A DNA stretch of 64,000 bases from Octopus vulgaris (GCA_951406725.2 OX597833.1:3410001-3474000), one strand, 5' to 3'. Counted from the stretch's first letter, positions 1 to 16,788 are shown. Notes: a model not told the origin generated them from the sequence alone. Program-made: numbers and translations.

Positions 1-762
1 TTTTGTTTTTTTTGTGAAATCTCCCCCTATATATACACATATATATATACATATAATATATGTGTGTGTGTGTGTGTGTGTATAACTATATATATATGCA
101 CATATATATGTATATAGGTATATGTATACATATATATGCATATATATACATATACACACGCACATATATATATACATATATATGTATATATACAAATATA
201 TATATAAATATATACGCACACACATACACATACATGCATATATACATACACACACATACATATACAGTACATATGTACACACACACACACACATACATAT
301 TTATATGTGTGTGAATGAAGAGAGGGATAGATTTGTGTATACGTGTACACATGCATGTGCACCCATGTGTGTTGAACGCGTATATACCCGGTAAATACTA
401 CATACTTTCTTGGTAAATAACAGTGTATAGATTTTTTTGCCTATCGTCTGCATAGACAATGAATGACCAGTGTGTATATATTCACTGGATAGATCCGCAT
501 AATGTGTAAATAGAAGAGGGACGGAGATACACAGTATGTATGTCTAAAATTCTTTCTGATTTTCTGAGAAAGGAAAAATGGTAATTGTTATAAGTTGATG
601 TATTCTGGTTCTGATATATTCCACTGCAGAATTGTCCTGCAGGACAATGGGATGGCTAATGTAAGCATTGGTTTTGCAAAAGTCAAAGGTTAAGTGTGTA
701 ATAGTTAAGCTAGTGGGCGTGAGTTCAAATCCTCGGTCACTCAAGACACATATATACATATA

Positions 763-794
<32 letters not shown>

Positions 795-810
795 CATATA
801 TACATATATA

Positions 811-892
<82 letters not shown>

Positions 893-1068
893 GTATATAC
901 TCTGGCTGGAGCACAGGGAAATAGTGGCATCGTATATATAGCAGAGTATCTAAAACAACTATTGCTCAATGTCTGGACAAAGAAACACACACATACATAC
1001 AAACAAGCATATAACCACATATTTATATACACATTATATATCTATAGCTATATCTATCTATCTATCTA

Positions 1069-1165
<97 letters not shown>

Positions 1166-1274
1166 CACACACATATAGATATTAATATATATATTTTCAT
1201 GCATAGTGTGTAGATAAAAATAGACAGAAAGATAAATAGATAGATAGATTGAAACATATATATATATATCAATC

Positions 1275-1331
<57 letters not shown>

Positions 1332-1786
1332 ACACATAATAACAAGTATATATTTGGCAGCATTTCAGTCCACAAGTCCAACTTCATTTCTGCAAATATA
1401 CACTTAGAAGCCATACATCCAGCTGCCATCTTTATTTACAATGGTTTGGTCGGTAAAGAAAAGGGGGGGGGGAAACATAGCGGAAAAAGGATTGGTATGT
1501 TTATTCATGAAGGGGAAAAACTGGAAAGTAAATGAAGAAAATAAAAGACATTATTTCGTAGGATGGTGGGGAGAATGATAATGATGGTAAAAAAAACAAA
1601 GAATGTGAGTTTGTTGTTATAGGGATTGGCTGTGAGGTTAAGAAGCCTCGTTCTGAACCCCAGGGTTCCGGGTTCAGTGATGCAATGTGGCACCTTATGT
1701 TGGCGCCGCCTACTATATACTAGAGTTCTGGGCTCACGAAAGCCTTGGGAGGGAATCTGGGGAGAGACAGACTCTAAAGAAGCTTA

Positions 1787-2250
1787 TTGTGGCTGTGTGG
1801 TAAGGAGCTTGTTTCCTGATCACATGGTTCCGGGTTCAGTCCCACTGCATGGCACTTTGGGAAAGAGTCTTCTACAATAGCTTCGGGTTGAGCAAAGCCT
1901 TGTGAGTGGATTTGGTAGATGGAAACTGAAAGAAGCCCATCATATATATATATATATGTATGTATGTATGTATGTTTATATATATATATATATGCTTATA
2001 TATATATATATATAATGTATGTATACATCTATTTATGTGTGTGTCCCCACTCCACCGCTTGACAACCGATGTGGTGTGTTTATGTCCTATGACTTAGCAG
2101 TTTGGTAAAAGAGATTGATAAAATAAGTACTAGGCATTAAAACAAAAAGTAATGGTGTCGATACATTCAACTATAGATTCTTCAAGGCGGTGCCCCAGCA
2201 TAGCCACAGCCTAATGAGTGAACCACGTAAAAGATAAAAGATAAAAGATA
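1787..2250 (+). mobile_element. tRNA-derived SINE family A (internal microsatellite), degenerate copy; a second partial head at ~1625-1780
   Basis: Head TGGCTGTGTGGTAAG...GGGTTCAGTCCC (A/B-box-like), body GCCTTGTGAGTGGATTTGGTAGA.GGAAACTGAAAGAAGCCC, internal (TA)n, 3' half ending in (TAAAAGA)n. Matches the many other copies in the window. Confidence 0.8.
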
Positions 2251-2267
2251 TTTATATATACATATAA

Positions 2268-2533
2268 ATGGGGTGGGTACCCAAAAGTAACCAGAAACGT
2301 TCTCTGCAGGACAAGCCCATTGTAACTCAGGCTTCCACCATTAGAAGTCACTTGATGCACCCCTCAGGCCTCAGGCAGTGGTGGTGGTGGTGGTGTTGAA
2401 AGTGGTGGGTGATTGATTTTTTCATTGATTTTTTGCGATGGCTGAAATGAAGAACTGTGTGCTTCCATGAAACTCTGTTTTCTGCTGGGGGGAAACAGCG
2501 GCTGAAACAGTTGTCATGCTTCTTACAGCTTAA
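2268..2533 (+). mobile_element. Mariner transposon 5' fossil (TIR + transposase N-terminus)
   Basis: TIR-like GGGTACCCAAAAGTAACCAGAA. From ATG 2438, with frameshifts, reads MAE..ELCASMKLCFLLG.TAAETVVMLLTA*, resembling the mariner N-terminal EQRxxIKFCFxLGKTAxETxxMLxxAY. Confidence 0.65.
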
Positions 2534-2859
2534 ATTCTGGGTCTTGTGCCTAGAGTAGAAAAAATTACAATTATGTTTATAATTATAGAATATTTATATA
2601 TATGTTTGTGTGTTTGTGTGTTTGTGTGTATGTGTGTGTGTGTGCAATCCAGTAATCCAGTGGATGTATGATTCATCAGGTGCACTGTACTATACGTCAT
2701 ACAGTGAGACATCAGTGACCCAATTGACAGCAAAACCCGTCAGACACACAGCTGCTGTGTTACAAACTCGGGGTTAGTTTGTCCATTTGTCAAACCCCTT
2801 CTCTGGCTGGAGGTTCAATTAATCATTTAGGGCTCACAGCAATATTGGAGAATATTGTG

Positions 2860-3793
2860 GCAGTGGTGGTGGTGGTGGTGGTGGTGGTGATAGTGGGAGA
2901 GGGAGGCTGTGATTAATGGTGGTGATGGTGGTGGTGGTGGTGGTGGTGGTGGTGGTGGTGGTGTGCTTGTTACAAATGATGATTATGGTGATTGAGGTTG
3001 GGATCTCAGAATGATTGATGGTGGAACTGACTGATGCTGGTTGCTGTAACAGGATTTTGGTGATTATGGGGGTTGTGGGGGTGATGGTGGTTTGAGGGGA
3101 TTGGTGGTGGTGTTGGTGGTGGTGGTGGTGTTGTTGTTGTTGGTGGTGGTGGTGATGGTGTTGATAGTGGTGTTGTTGAAAGTGGTGGTGGTGGTGGTGG
3201 TGATGTTGTTGTTGTTGGTGGTGGTGATGGTGGTGTTGGTGGTAATGGTGGTGATGGTGGTGATGGTGGTGGTGGTGGTGGTGGTGGTGATGTTGTTGTT
3301 GTTCTTGGTGGTGGTGGTGGTGGTGGTGGTGATAGTGGTGTTGTTGAAAGTGGTGGGTGGTGATGGTGATGGTGATGTTGGTTTTGTTGTTGTTGCTGGT
3401 GGTGGTGGTGGTGGTGGTGGTATACAACCACTACCACTCCCCCATTACAACTATCACCACCAGCAGTAACAGCAGAAACAACATCAGCAATAATAACCAC
3501 AGTATCCTCCTCCTCCTCCTCCTCGTCATCTTCATCTTCATCATCACCACTGCTTTCCTCCACCTCCTTACCATTATCATCACTATCATCCTCCATCTCC
3601 CCTTCTGCCTCCTCCTCTCTTTCCTATCATCATCATCATCATCATCGTCATCATTATGATCATCATCATTATCATCATCACACATCACCATCATCATCAT
3701 CACCACCATCACCACCATCATCATCATCATCATCATCACCATCATCACCACCATCATCATCATCATCATCATCATCACCATCATCACCACCAC

Positions 3794-3840
<47 letters not shown>

Positions 3841-4054
3841 CCACCATCATCATCATCATCGTCATCATCGTCATCATCGTCATCATCATCATCATCATCA
3901 CCATCATCACCACCATCATCATCATCATCATCATCACCACCATCATCATCATCATCATCATCATCACCATCATCACCACCACCATCATCATCATCATCAT
4001 CATCATCGTCATCATCGTCATCATCATCATCATCATCATCACCATCACCACCAC

Positions 4055-4110
<56 letters not shown>

Positions 4111-4488
4111 CTGACCACTCCAACAGGTAGTTTCACTCCTCAGCCATCCAGCCAGCAGACCAACCGACCAACCCGTCCACCCACCTACCCGTCTCCCACC
4201 CCACCTCACCCCACCCTGTAAGTGTGACTCCAATGGCTATTTGCTAGCCAAGTGCATTGCATGGTTGGCTATTTGGCTGGCCGGATGGCCGGATGGGTGG
4301 ATGGGTGGCTAGCTGGTTAGCTTTGTCGGCTAACGAGCTAGTTAATTTATTAGCTGGCTATCTGACTATCCGGCTACCTGGCAAGTTAGTTGTTCTGTTG
4401 CTCGTTTAGAAAGTCGCATTGATTTTGGTATAAAGCATGACTCACACCCGACTGGTTTGACCGAGGAGGAGTGGTGGTGGTGGTGGTT

Positions 4489-4562
<74 letters not shown>

Positions 4563-4581
4563 GGTGGTGGTGGTGGTGGTG

Positions 4582-4627
<46 letters not shown>

Positions 4628-5210
4628 AAGTAGTAGTGGTGGTGGTGGTGGTGGTGGTGGTGGTGGTGGTGGTGGTAGTAGTAGTAGTAGTGGTGGTGGT
4701 GGTGATGGTGGTGGTGATGGTGGTGGCGGCGGCGGCGGCGGTGGTGGTGGTATTAGTAGTAGTGATGGTGGTGGTGGCAGTGGTGGTGGTGGTGGTACTG
4801 GAGGTGGTAGTGTTGGTGGTGGTAGTAGTAGTTGTAGTGGTGGTGGTGGCAGTGGTGGTGGTGGTGGTGGTACTGGAGGTGGTAGTGGTGGTGGTGGTAG
4901 TAGTAGTTGTAGTGGTGGTGGTGGTGGTAGTAGTAGTAGTAGTGAGGGTGGTGGTGGCAGTGGTGGTGGTGGTGGTGGTGGTGGTAGTAGTAGTGATGGT
5001 GCTGGCAGTGGTGGTGATACTGGTGGTGATGGTGGTCATCATCATCGCTGTCATCACTGTCATCATCATCGTCGTCATGATGGTGGTTGTAGTAGTAGTA
5101 ATGGAAGTAGTGTTGATGATGATGATGGTGGTGATTGTTGTTCCAGTGGTGGTATGGTAGAGGTGGTAACAGTGTGACTATTGGTTGTGATGGTAGTGGT
5201 TGTAGTTATG
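2860..5210. repeat. Compound trinucleotide microsatellite block (GGT/GTT, CAT/CAC, GTA/GGT)
   Basis: Directly visible; source of the poly-H/M/D/V/T ORFs. Confidence 0.95.
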
Positions 5211-5597
5211 CAGGGTGTTGGGGCTAAATTGGACAGTTTGCATCAAAGGAAATGAAAACACAATGTCCCATCCAAAAATGAAAGGGTTTTAAAAAAAATC
5301 AAAAGATGTCAGCTAGATTAGGGCTGGGAGATAACAGTTTACTCAGAGTAGCTGCCCTCAGCTTCCACCACGGCCCCAAGACGGCTCTGGAACCTGGTAC
5401 ATGCATTCCTCACTGTGTCCCTGGGAAGATCTTCAAACACTTTCGTGATTTTGGCCTCAAGATTGGCCTTAGTGCAGCCAGCAGAGCAGTTGGTGTCTTT
5501 CTCATAGTAATCCATAGGATTACGATTAAAGGAATTAGTAGGCCAGAAATTGGGGCTAGTGAAGTTGTAAAATTTCCCTGAAAGCCACTTCTGACTT
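5211..5597 (-). mobile_element. Tc1/mariner DD37D (maT-like) transposase 3' fossil with terminal repeat
   Basis: Minus strand SQKWLSGKFYNFTSPNFWPTNSFNRNPMDYY...NACTRFQSRLGAVVEAEG (degenerate WPPNSPDLNPxDY and ACxRFxxRLxAVVEAxG). End CAGGGTG at 5211. Confidence 0.75.
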
Positions 5598-5736
5598 ACT
5601 GAGATGTACTTGCATAGCAAGTGACCTGATCTGAGACCGTGTGCTGAAACGAAAAGAATTGTAGCGTGGAAGGTATTTATAAGCCATTTAAGAAGCACAC
5701 AAAAACCGTTAGATTCACTTCAACGTTAAAATTAAA

Positions 5737-5787
5737 TTTGCCAAAATATTTTCGTCGCTTTCAGACCGCGACCTGTTCACTGACAAA
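5737..5787 (-). ncRNA. Minimal hammerhead ribozyme motif, G3-C8 variant
   Basis: Minus strand: UUUGUCA [GUGAACA] g GUCGC-ggucugaaa-GCGAC [GAAA] AUAU UU UGGCAAA. 7-bp helix I, 5-bp helix II, palindromic helix III AAUAUU. Confidence 0.6.
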
Positions 5788-5917
5788 ATTTTGTGCAACA
5801 CGGAATCTTGTCAGTGAATATGGTTTCATATTTGTTTATAATTAAGATCTAAACAGTTGATATATGAATGTGAAAGAGATGGTAAAATAACTGTAAACCT
5901 AGCTTTGGGTGAGCCTT

Positions 5918-5953
<36 letters not shown>

Positions 5954-5964
5954 TATATATATTT

Positions 5965-6235
5965 TATCATCATCATCATCGTTTAATGTCTGCTTTACAT
6001 GCTGGCATGGGTTGGACAGTTTAACTGAGGACTTGTGAGCCAGAAGGCTGCACCAGGCTTCAATCTGATCTGGCAAAGTTTCTACAGCTGGATGCCCTTC
6101 TTAACACCAACCACTCTGAGAGTGTAGAGGGTGCTCTTTATGTGCCACCAGCATGAGGGCCAGTCAGGCAGTTCTGGCAATGAACACACTCAAAGGTGTT
6201 TTTACATGCTAACTGCACGGGAGCCAGTCCGGCAA
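5965..6235 (-). mobile_element. RTE-LINE 3' UTR/tail (family B)
   Basis: (CAT)n-CGTTTAA...CATGCTGGCATGGGTTGGAC...TTTCTACAGCTGGATGCCCTTC. The same tail follows the RTE ORF at 56200-56910. Confidence 0.75.
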
Positions 6236-6373
6236 GTTCAAAAGATGAACGAAAGCGCTAATATGAAGATGAAGATATAAAAAAAATAAATTTTTTCCAA
6301 AATTTTGACAACTTTTTTGTCAATATTCAATTCTGTACATCACACCTAACACTCTATACATACATACACACAC

Positions 6374-6410
<37 letters not shown>

Positions 6411-6639
6411 TATATATACATATATAAACAAGCAAAACGGCCCCCGTCCAATGGATGGTGCTGAGTTGTCAAACATTTAAACCAAATTTTCTCAAAACAA
6501 CTTGTCCGACCGTCCCATAGGCCTCCCCTTTGAGAAACACTGATTTAACCTAAATTTGAGACACCAGCAAAAAAAGAAATAAAGATTAACATTTTATCTG
6601 TTCCAAAGAAAAACAATTTTATTCACTTTATTGATCGCA

Positions 6640-6790
6640 TTCTCACCTGGAATCGATTTTTGTAATTTTTTTCAAGACTTATACACGCCCTGATACAATT
6701 GGTATCTACATATCACATTTGAGCGCAATCGGAGAGAGAATGCTTGAGATCCTAGAAGACACACAGACAGAACGGATTTTATATAATAAA
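6640..6790 (+). mobile_element. Possible Helitron/Helentron-type non-autonomous element end; preceded by a hAT-like TIR (TTTGAGAAACACTG, ~6529-6542)
   Basis: ATTTGAGCGCAATCGG...GACACACAGACAGA...TTTTATATA resembles HINE/DINE-type ends; recognised from memory only. Confidence 0.3.
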
Positions 6791-7324
6791 TATATATATA
6801 TATATATACACACACATACATACACATACATACACACACACACAAACACACACATAGATACATGATAAAGAGGTTGCCTCATTGCGTTAGATGCTAGTCA
6901 TCTTACATTCAGCCCAGATGCTTTGATCTCCTTTCATCTCTACATGTACACGGATGTGACTTTTCACATCATGCATCCACCACCATAAGACTTTATTAAA
7001 CAGAAAACGGATCAAGAAATGAAACGAACAGCGAAACATCCGGACATCATTGGATTTAAGGGACAAAAACATGTACAACACTTTTGCCACTCTCTCTTGG
7101 TCACCGTAGCAGGTTCCAGTCACAAGCATTGCAAGATGACCAGTAACTATTTTGTCTGCAAGTTTTCTGACAAAAGATCTTTCTCCTAAAAGAGCTGCCA
7201 TCCTCCAACTTTATTAAAAATAATGGGAACCTCCTCTATCCCAGAGAAATTTATTTTATCCTTAGATGGGTGCTGCCATTACGGGTTAGAACAGACTTGG
7301 GAGTGGATTTGGTAGACAGAATCT

Positions 7325-7464
7325 CCCTGTTTATTTCTATGTTCCTTTCTGTTGAAGAGCGTAGGCTCAAAATGTAAAGACTTTCTCACTTCCCAAGCAT
7401 TAAACTAAACTAATCCATCCTTTTGCTGTTTACACACCTGTCTTTCTTTGTCTTTTGTTTTTTT

Positions 7465-7465
<1 letters not shown>
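7325..7465 (+). mobile_element. Short element with degenerate HHR-like motif (7345-7380); related copies at ~42100-42255 and ~50625-50690
   Basis: CTTT CTGTTGA A GAGC-GTAG-GCTC aAAA tG TA AAG. The 42140-42180 copy keeps GGCTCGAAATGTCAAAAGA. Core position 6 is non-canonical (U). Confidence 0.4.
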
Positions 7466-7500
<35 letters not shown>

Positions 7501-7699
7501 TTCTCTCTCTCTATATATATATATATTCTTTTATTTTTTAATCTTTTATATATATTATTCTATTCTTTTATATATATTTTTCTATTCTGTTATTCTTTTA
7601 TATTGATGGTTGTTTAAGGGTGGCACCGTGCTCCCCACAACTCCAGAAATTCGACACTGGAGTTGCATCATCATATATATACATATACATACACTTATA

Positions 7700-8005
7700 T
7701 ATGTAAATATCACATGATAATATGCTCAACCAAACTATCAGGTGTTATTCATCACTGGTCACAATGCGCTTTCCGTCATTTTAGCTTTTGAATGATGCTA
7801 CCCTGCTGGCTGGGTGAGCAGGCCAACTGTGCCCCTGATAGGGATGCTATTCTGTCACAGGGTGTACCCGTTTACTGCTGCAAGGACCAGAGCAATCTGG
7901 AATGAAGGGTTTTGCTCATGAACGCAAAGGGCAGCTGGGTTTGAGAATTGAACCCATGATCTGACGATTTTGAATGCAACACCCTAACCACTACGCTATG
8001 TGCCT
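7700..8005 (-). mobile_element. tRNA-derived SINE (family D head)
   Basis: Minus strand GGCACATAGCGTAGTGGTTAGGGTGTTGC...GGGTTCAATTCTC. Related heads at ~32056, ~35915, ~46595 (+) and ~45620-45700, ~61850-61925 (-). Confidence 0.65.
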
Positions 8006-8019
8006 TTGCATATATGTAG

Positions 8020-10890
<2,871 letters not shown>

Positions 10891-11536
10891 GTTCTGTACA
10901 ACCTGCAACTACTTGCATCATGCTCCTGCCCCTTTCTTCTCTTCCACCCACCCGCCCATCCATGCCCTTCTGACATCATCAAGCTCTCTTCTCATCTCCT
11001 CTTTGGCCACCTGGGTAAATGCACACAGCCAAAGGTTATTATGTACTCCCAACACTTATTGGCTCCCTCCCCACCCACTTCTGGCCCTGCTGCTACCATT
11101 GCCCCCACCACCACCACCATCACCACCACCACCACCACCACCACCACTATTTCCCCTTCCCTGATCGACATGTTTGAGCCCTGAATACTCTTTATTTTAT
11201 GCCGTGTACAAGACACTACCCGTCCCCTGCTCTGTTGGTCCCAGCTGACAATCCATGCTCCCTCGAACAGACTAGAAACAACCAAGGTGGTACCACTAAA
11301 TACATCCAACGTACCCCTGTGAAATGGTTAGCAAAATGAGCAACAAATGCATAGGGTTCTGAAGAGATTTTATTCGGCTTCTTTAGTGTTGGCACCCTGA
11401 AAAACACATCTAGTACTTTAGGTAAAGGGATCTGTGATTGAAGGGTGTCGTTTAACATGTCTTCTACAGATAGAATGATTTGACTGGAGCAAAAGGGCCA
11501 GAGAACTGCATTCAAATGGCAATGCCTGTTTTGGAA

Positions 11537-12215
11537 TGGTTCTTCAGCATGTAATGGGTGTTTTTTATTTGGTACCAACACCTGTGCCAGTGGCACATAA
11601 AAAGCACCATCCGAACGTGGCCAATGCCAGCGCCGCCTCGACTGGTTCTTCAGCATGTAATGGGTGTTTTTTATTTGGTACCAACACCTGTGCCAGTGGC
11701 ACATAAAAAGCACCATCCGAACGTGGCCAATGCCAGCGCCGCCTCGACTGGCTTCTGTGCCGGTGGCACATAAAAAGCACCATCTGAACGCGGCCGATGC
11801 CAGCGCCGCCTCGACTGGCTTCTGTGCCGGTGGCACATAAAAAGCACCATCCGAACATGGCTGATGCCAGCTCCGCCTCGACTGGTTTCTGTGCCGGTGG
11901 CACATAAAAAGCACCATCCGAACATTGCCAATGCCAGCACCGCCTTGACTGGTTTCCGTGCCGGTGGGACGTTAAAAGCACCAACCGATTGTGGCCGATG
12001 CCAGACTCCCCTGGCACCTGTGCCGGTTGCACGTAAAAAGCACCCACTACACTCACGGAGGGGTTGGCGTTAGGAAGGGCATCCAGCTGTAGAAACACTG
12101 CCAGATCAGACTGGAGCCTGGTGCAGGCCCTGGCTTCCCAGACCCCGGTAGAACCGTTCAACCCATGCTAGCGTGGAAAATGGACGTTAAACGATGATGA
12201 TGATAATGATGATGA
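11537..12215 (+). mobile_element. RTE 3' UTR (family B) with 67-bp internal tandem units and a 106-bp duplication
   Basis: Units start at 11689, 11756, 11823, 11890 and 11957 (YGTGCCRGTGG...). Ends GGACGTTAAAC(GAT)n. Confidence 0.8.
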
Positions 12216-12629
12216 TTAGTGTGGACACCATGTAGCTTGCAAGACAAGGAACAAAGAAGCCACCTCACCTGTAATAAAGGGAGAGAAAGTGGCTTCATGT
12301 CAGGTGTTTAGAGTTTCTTTTTGTTTGTTCCTTCTCGAGCCATGCCTGGCTCATAAGGGCCGGTTTTCCGGTTTCCTTGGCGTATAGGTTCCCTATAGCA
12401 GACCAAAAATCTACAGAAGAAATGCTTTCGTTTGCTTATGATTGTTCTTGTTGTTATTGCCGCTGCTGTTCCTGTTCTTAAGGTCAATTATATCGAAGCT
12501 GTTCGATTTTGCCCCCACCCCACACCTCTTCTGCTTACCTCCCTCCATATTTACTTTACAATTTGCGGTTTCGATATGACTTTATTATTAATATCACCAT
12601 CATCACCACCACCATCATCATCATCATCA

Positions 12630-12687
<58 letters not shown>

Positions 12688-12765
12688 CAAAGACATTTTA
12701 TTCTATTTTCAACACATCAAAAACTCTAACACTTCAGATCACTATCATCATCATCATCAATGTAG

Positions 12766-12797
<32 letters not shown>

Positions 12798-13285
12798 GTC
12801 ATCATCATCGTCATCATTGTCGTCATCACAATCATCGTCATCGTGGTTGTCAGTGACATCCAGATCAGCATCATTATCATCATCATCATCATCGTCATCA
12901 TCATCATCATCTTCATCATCATCATCATTGTCGTCATCACAATCATCGTCATCGTGGTTGTCAGTGACATCCAGATCAGCATCATTATCATCTTCATCTT
13001 CAAAAGAAATCGTTATTTTTTTAATTTTCAATGTTTTTCCACCAAATTTCAAACCTTCAACACGTTAGATCACCACCCTCACCAGCACCTCCATCACCAC
13101 GCTCACCATCAACACCCTCACCATCAACACCATCAACACCAACTTCTTAAACATCATCATCAACATCATCAGCCTCAACACCACATCACCATCAGTACCA
13201 TGAAACTCTTTATCAATATCGTTATTATTATTATTATTATCATCATCATCATCATCATCATCATTATTATTATTATTATTATTAC

Positions 13286-13318
<33 letters not shown>

Positions 13319-13319
13319 T

Positions 13320-13378
<59 letters not shown>

Positions 13379-13382
13379 TATT

Positions 13383-13417
<35 letters not shown>

Positions 13418-13433
13418 TATTATTATTATTATT

Positions 13434-13502
<69 letters not shown>

Positions 13503-13505
13503 GTA

Positions 13506-13730
13506 AAGGCAGTGAGAAAGGCAGAATTTTTAAAATGCTGAATGAAAGGCTTAGCAGTATTTCACCTGTTGCTTCATTCTGGGTTCAAATTCCGCCGGGG
13601 TCAACTTTGCCTTTCATCCTTTCGGGGGTTGATAAATTAAATACCAGTTGAGTACTGGGGTTGATCTAATTGACTTAACCCTCTCCCTCAAAATTTCAGG
13701 CTTTGTACCTACAGTAGAAAGGATTATCAA
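13506..13730 (+). mobile_element. SINE family C; other copies at ~14045-14155(+), 14640-14855(-), 47150-47250(+), 47359-47575(+)
   Basis: AAGGCAGTGAG...GGTTCAAATTCCGCC (B box), central GACTTTGCCTTTCATCCTTTCGGGG..GATAAATTAA.TACCAGTTG, (ATT)n-like tail. Confidence 0.75.
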
Positions 13731-15052
13731 TATCATTGTTGACCCTTTCGTTACTGTATTTACTCACCCAGAGACCCCAAGAGATATCAACTTAGAAGTT
13801 CATGTTGGTGTTATGCCTAGGGTGCCATATATTTGGTTTTGTACATAGTATTGTTCTAGAGAATGTTTAAGAAACCGTAAGAAAATTGTGTTTGTTTTAA
13901 AACTTGAGATTACATAGAAAGTATTTTGTGTAGGATATAGGCAGTTCCCATGAGTACTATCTTTTGAATTTTTGCCATTTTGGGGTTTCCTGGCATCTGA
14001 GCTAGGTAACAATCAGCCCCTTATTGTTGTTGTTGTTGTTGATAAAACCATTAGAGTATTGGGAAAAATTCTTTGCATTATTTATTTTGACCCTTCATGA
14101 TCGGAGTTCAAATCCAACTGAAATTAGCTTTACCTTTTATCCTCTGGGGTAGATGGCAATTCAGGGTGCATGGTTCCTTATTGCAGAAACGGCTGTTGAC
14201 TAATAAGTGATTACATAACTCCTGTTCATTTGTCATTAATTAATTAATTAATAATACACTCTGTACTGACTGCTGGTTCATATAAGAGTCTGGGTGCAGA
14301 GAACATCAGTCAATTCCCATCTCCTCAGCACCAGCCCTTACTAATCATGTAAACTATTAGATTATTAATAACAACTGGTTATTAGTACTATTATGGAGCT
14401 TTTAAAATAAGTTAACTTCAACTTATTTTATTTGAATTAATTATTTAATCAATTAGTTAATAATATATCACAATTCTATAATTATACATTTAGTGATGTT
14501 TATCTTAATGAAACAGCTGCTGAACACAAAATATAGAGTGAACATGAGATTTAGTCTTTTCTGCTTTAATTCTAAATATATTGATCTTAAAGATCACTTT
14601 ATCTGACTATGCATATAAATGCAAGTCAATTCAATGTAATAATGGTTTCAAAATTTTGTCACAAGGCCAGCAATTTTAGGGAGGGGATTAAGTTGGTTAA
14701 ATTGACCCCAGTACTCAACTGGTACTTGTTTTATCAACCTTAAAAGGACGAAAGGCATTGTTCACCTCGGCAGAAATTTAAACTCACAACCATAAAGATG
14801 GATGAAATGCTGCCAATCATTTTACCCAGCACAGTAACGACCCTGCTACCTTGTAATAATGCATTGTAGCTTAACGAGCTGTTATTCATTAAACTCTTAA
14901 TTACTGTAGGTTTATTTTTTGGACGTTTATACATCAATTCTCTATATAGATGTATGTTTATATAGATGTATATATTTTGCTCAGACATCGTGAGACTAAT
15001 AAACTAGTGTAAAACTCAATATACATACACTTCAGAACAAAGCATTTGTTGA

Positions 15053-15100
15053 GCTCAGAGTGAGAGACTATTGCAACTTGTAGCCGAAACAGCTGTAAGC
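15053..15100 (+). ncRNA. Degenerate HHR-like motif
   Basis: GCT...GACTA-ttgcaacttg-TAGCC GAAA CAGCTG TA AGC. Palindromic helix III (ACAGCUGU), but the CUGANGA box is corrupted. Confidence 0.3.
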
Positions 15101-15171
15101 CAATGAGGTTCATAGAATAATTGTTTGCTCCTTTGTTATCTTATTTCCTTGCATATATATATATTATATAT

Positions 15172-15386
15172 ACTCTTTACTCTTTTACTTGCTTCAGTCA
15201 TTTGACCGCAGCCATGCTGGAGCACCACCTTTAGTTGAGCAAATCGACCCCAAGACTTATTCTTTGTAAGCCTAGTACTTATTCTATCGGTCTCTTTTGC
15301 TGAACTGCTAAGCTAACACACCAGCATCGGTTTTCAAGCGATGTTGGGGTGGGGACAAACGCAGACGCACAAACATATATACACAC

Positions 15387-15421
<35 letters not shown>

Positions 15422-15580
15422 CATACTGGGCTTCTTTCAATTTCCGTCCACCAAATCCACTCACAAGGCTTTGGTCAGCCCGAGGCTATAGTAGAAGACA
15501 TTTGCCCAAGATGCCACGCAGCCGGACTGAACCCTGAACAATGTGGTTTGTAAGCAAGCTACTTACCACACAGCTACTGA
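15172..15580 (-). mobile_element. SINE family A
   Basis: Reverse complement of the 22260-22696 copy with internal (TACA)/(TA)n. Confidence 0.85.
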
Positions 15581-15954
15581 CTCTCTTATCAAATGGCATT
15601 GAAGTGTCTATTATGGGTTCCTTGGTTGCCCCTGGGTGGCCTTTTCTCTTCCTGTTGGGAATTTTGTTGGTTGCAAATTGTTATTGCTTTATTCGTTAGA
15701 TGTGTGTGTGTTTACCTGCATAGAACACAATGTTTCCATGTAAAATTCCCACAGTCCTTTGTCTTTGAATTGTCCCAAACATTCTTTACAGCCCTTGTGG
15801 CCTATAAAGAAAGTGTTATCCTTCACCTCCTCCTTCTCCCCCTTCTCATCCTCCTCCACCTTTTCATCATCATTATCATCACCACAACCTCAGGATTGCC
15901 ACAACTGCCACCACCATCATCATCATCATCATCACCATCATTTTCCTTATCATT

Positions 15955-15988
<34 letters not shown>

Positions 15989-16188
15989 CCATCATTTTCC
16001 TTATCATTATTATCATCATTATTATTATTATTATTATCATTATTCCTGTCTTGTAAAAGAAACCATTATTATTGTTATTAGTATTTTTCATCACCAAATC
16101 AAAAACTTCAACACATTAGATCAACACCTTCACCATCATCATCATCGTCATCATCATCGTCGTTATTATCACCTATTATTATTATTAT

Positions 16189-16223
<35 letters not shown>

Positions 16224-16351
16224 TTATCACCATTCCTATTGCGATTCTTTCTGTTGTTGTTGTTGTTCCTGTTCAGCAAATCAAAACTCCAAACCAATTG
16301 TAATGAGATTATTTCAATAACAATTCTCAGATTTTTTCCCCCTGCTATCAC

Positions 16352-16426
<75 letters not shown>

Positions 16427-16545
16427 GTATGTGTGTGTGTGTGTCTATGTGTGTGTGTATGCACATGCACAAATTTGTGTTTATGTAGATACACACATAC
16501 ATCTACACACATATATATGTGTATGTATGTATACGTATATGCATA

Positions 16546-16592
<47 letters not shown>

Positions 16593-16620
16593 AGGTGTAG
16601 ATGTGTGTACCTACATAAGG

Positions 16621-16663
<43 letters not shown>

Positions 16664-16788
16664 TACATATATGTATGTATATATATATATATATATACAT
16701 ATATACATATGTATAAATATATATATATACATATATATACATATATATATACATGTATATATATATATACATACATACATATATATGC

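Noticed and set aside
2665-2682. Lone CUGAUGA on the minus strand (also ~53020-53032, and CUGAAGA at ~11358 and ~29788)
   Set aside because: No correctly placed helix II, GAAA, NUH and helix I, so not called HHRs.
6887-7201. 104-aa non-repetitive ORF on the minus strand
   Set aside because: No recognisable motif or convincing splice context; length is within chance expectation.
11689-12030. CRISPR-like appearance of the 67-bp (and 62-bp at 61.2 kb) repeats
   Set aside because: No unique spacers, no cas genes, eukaryotic context, and contiguous with the RTE tail.
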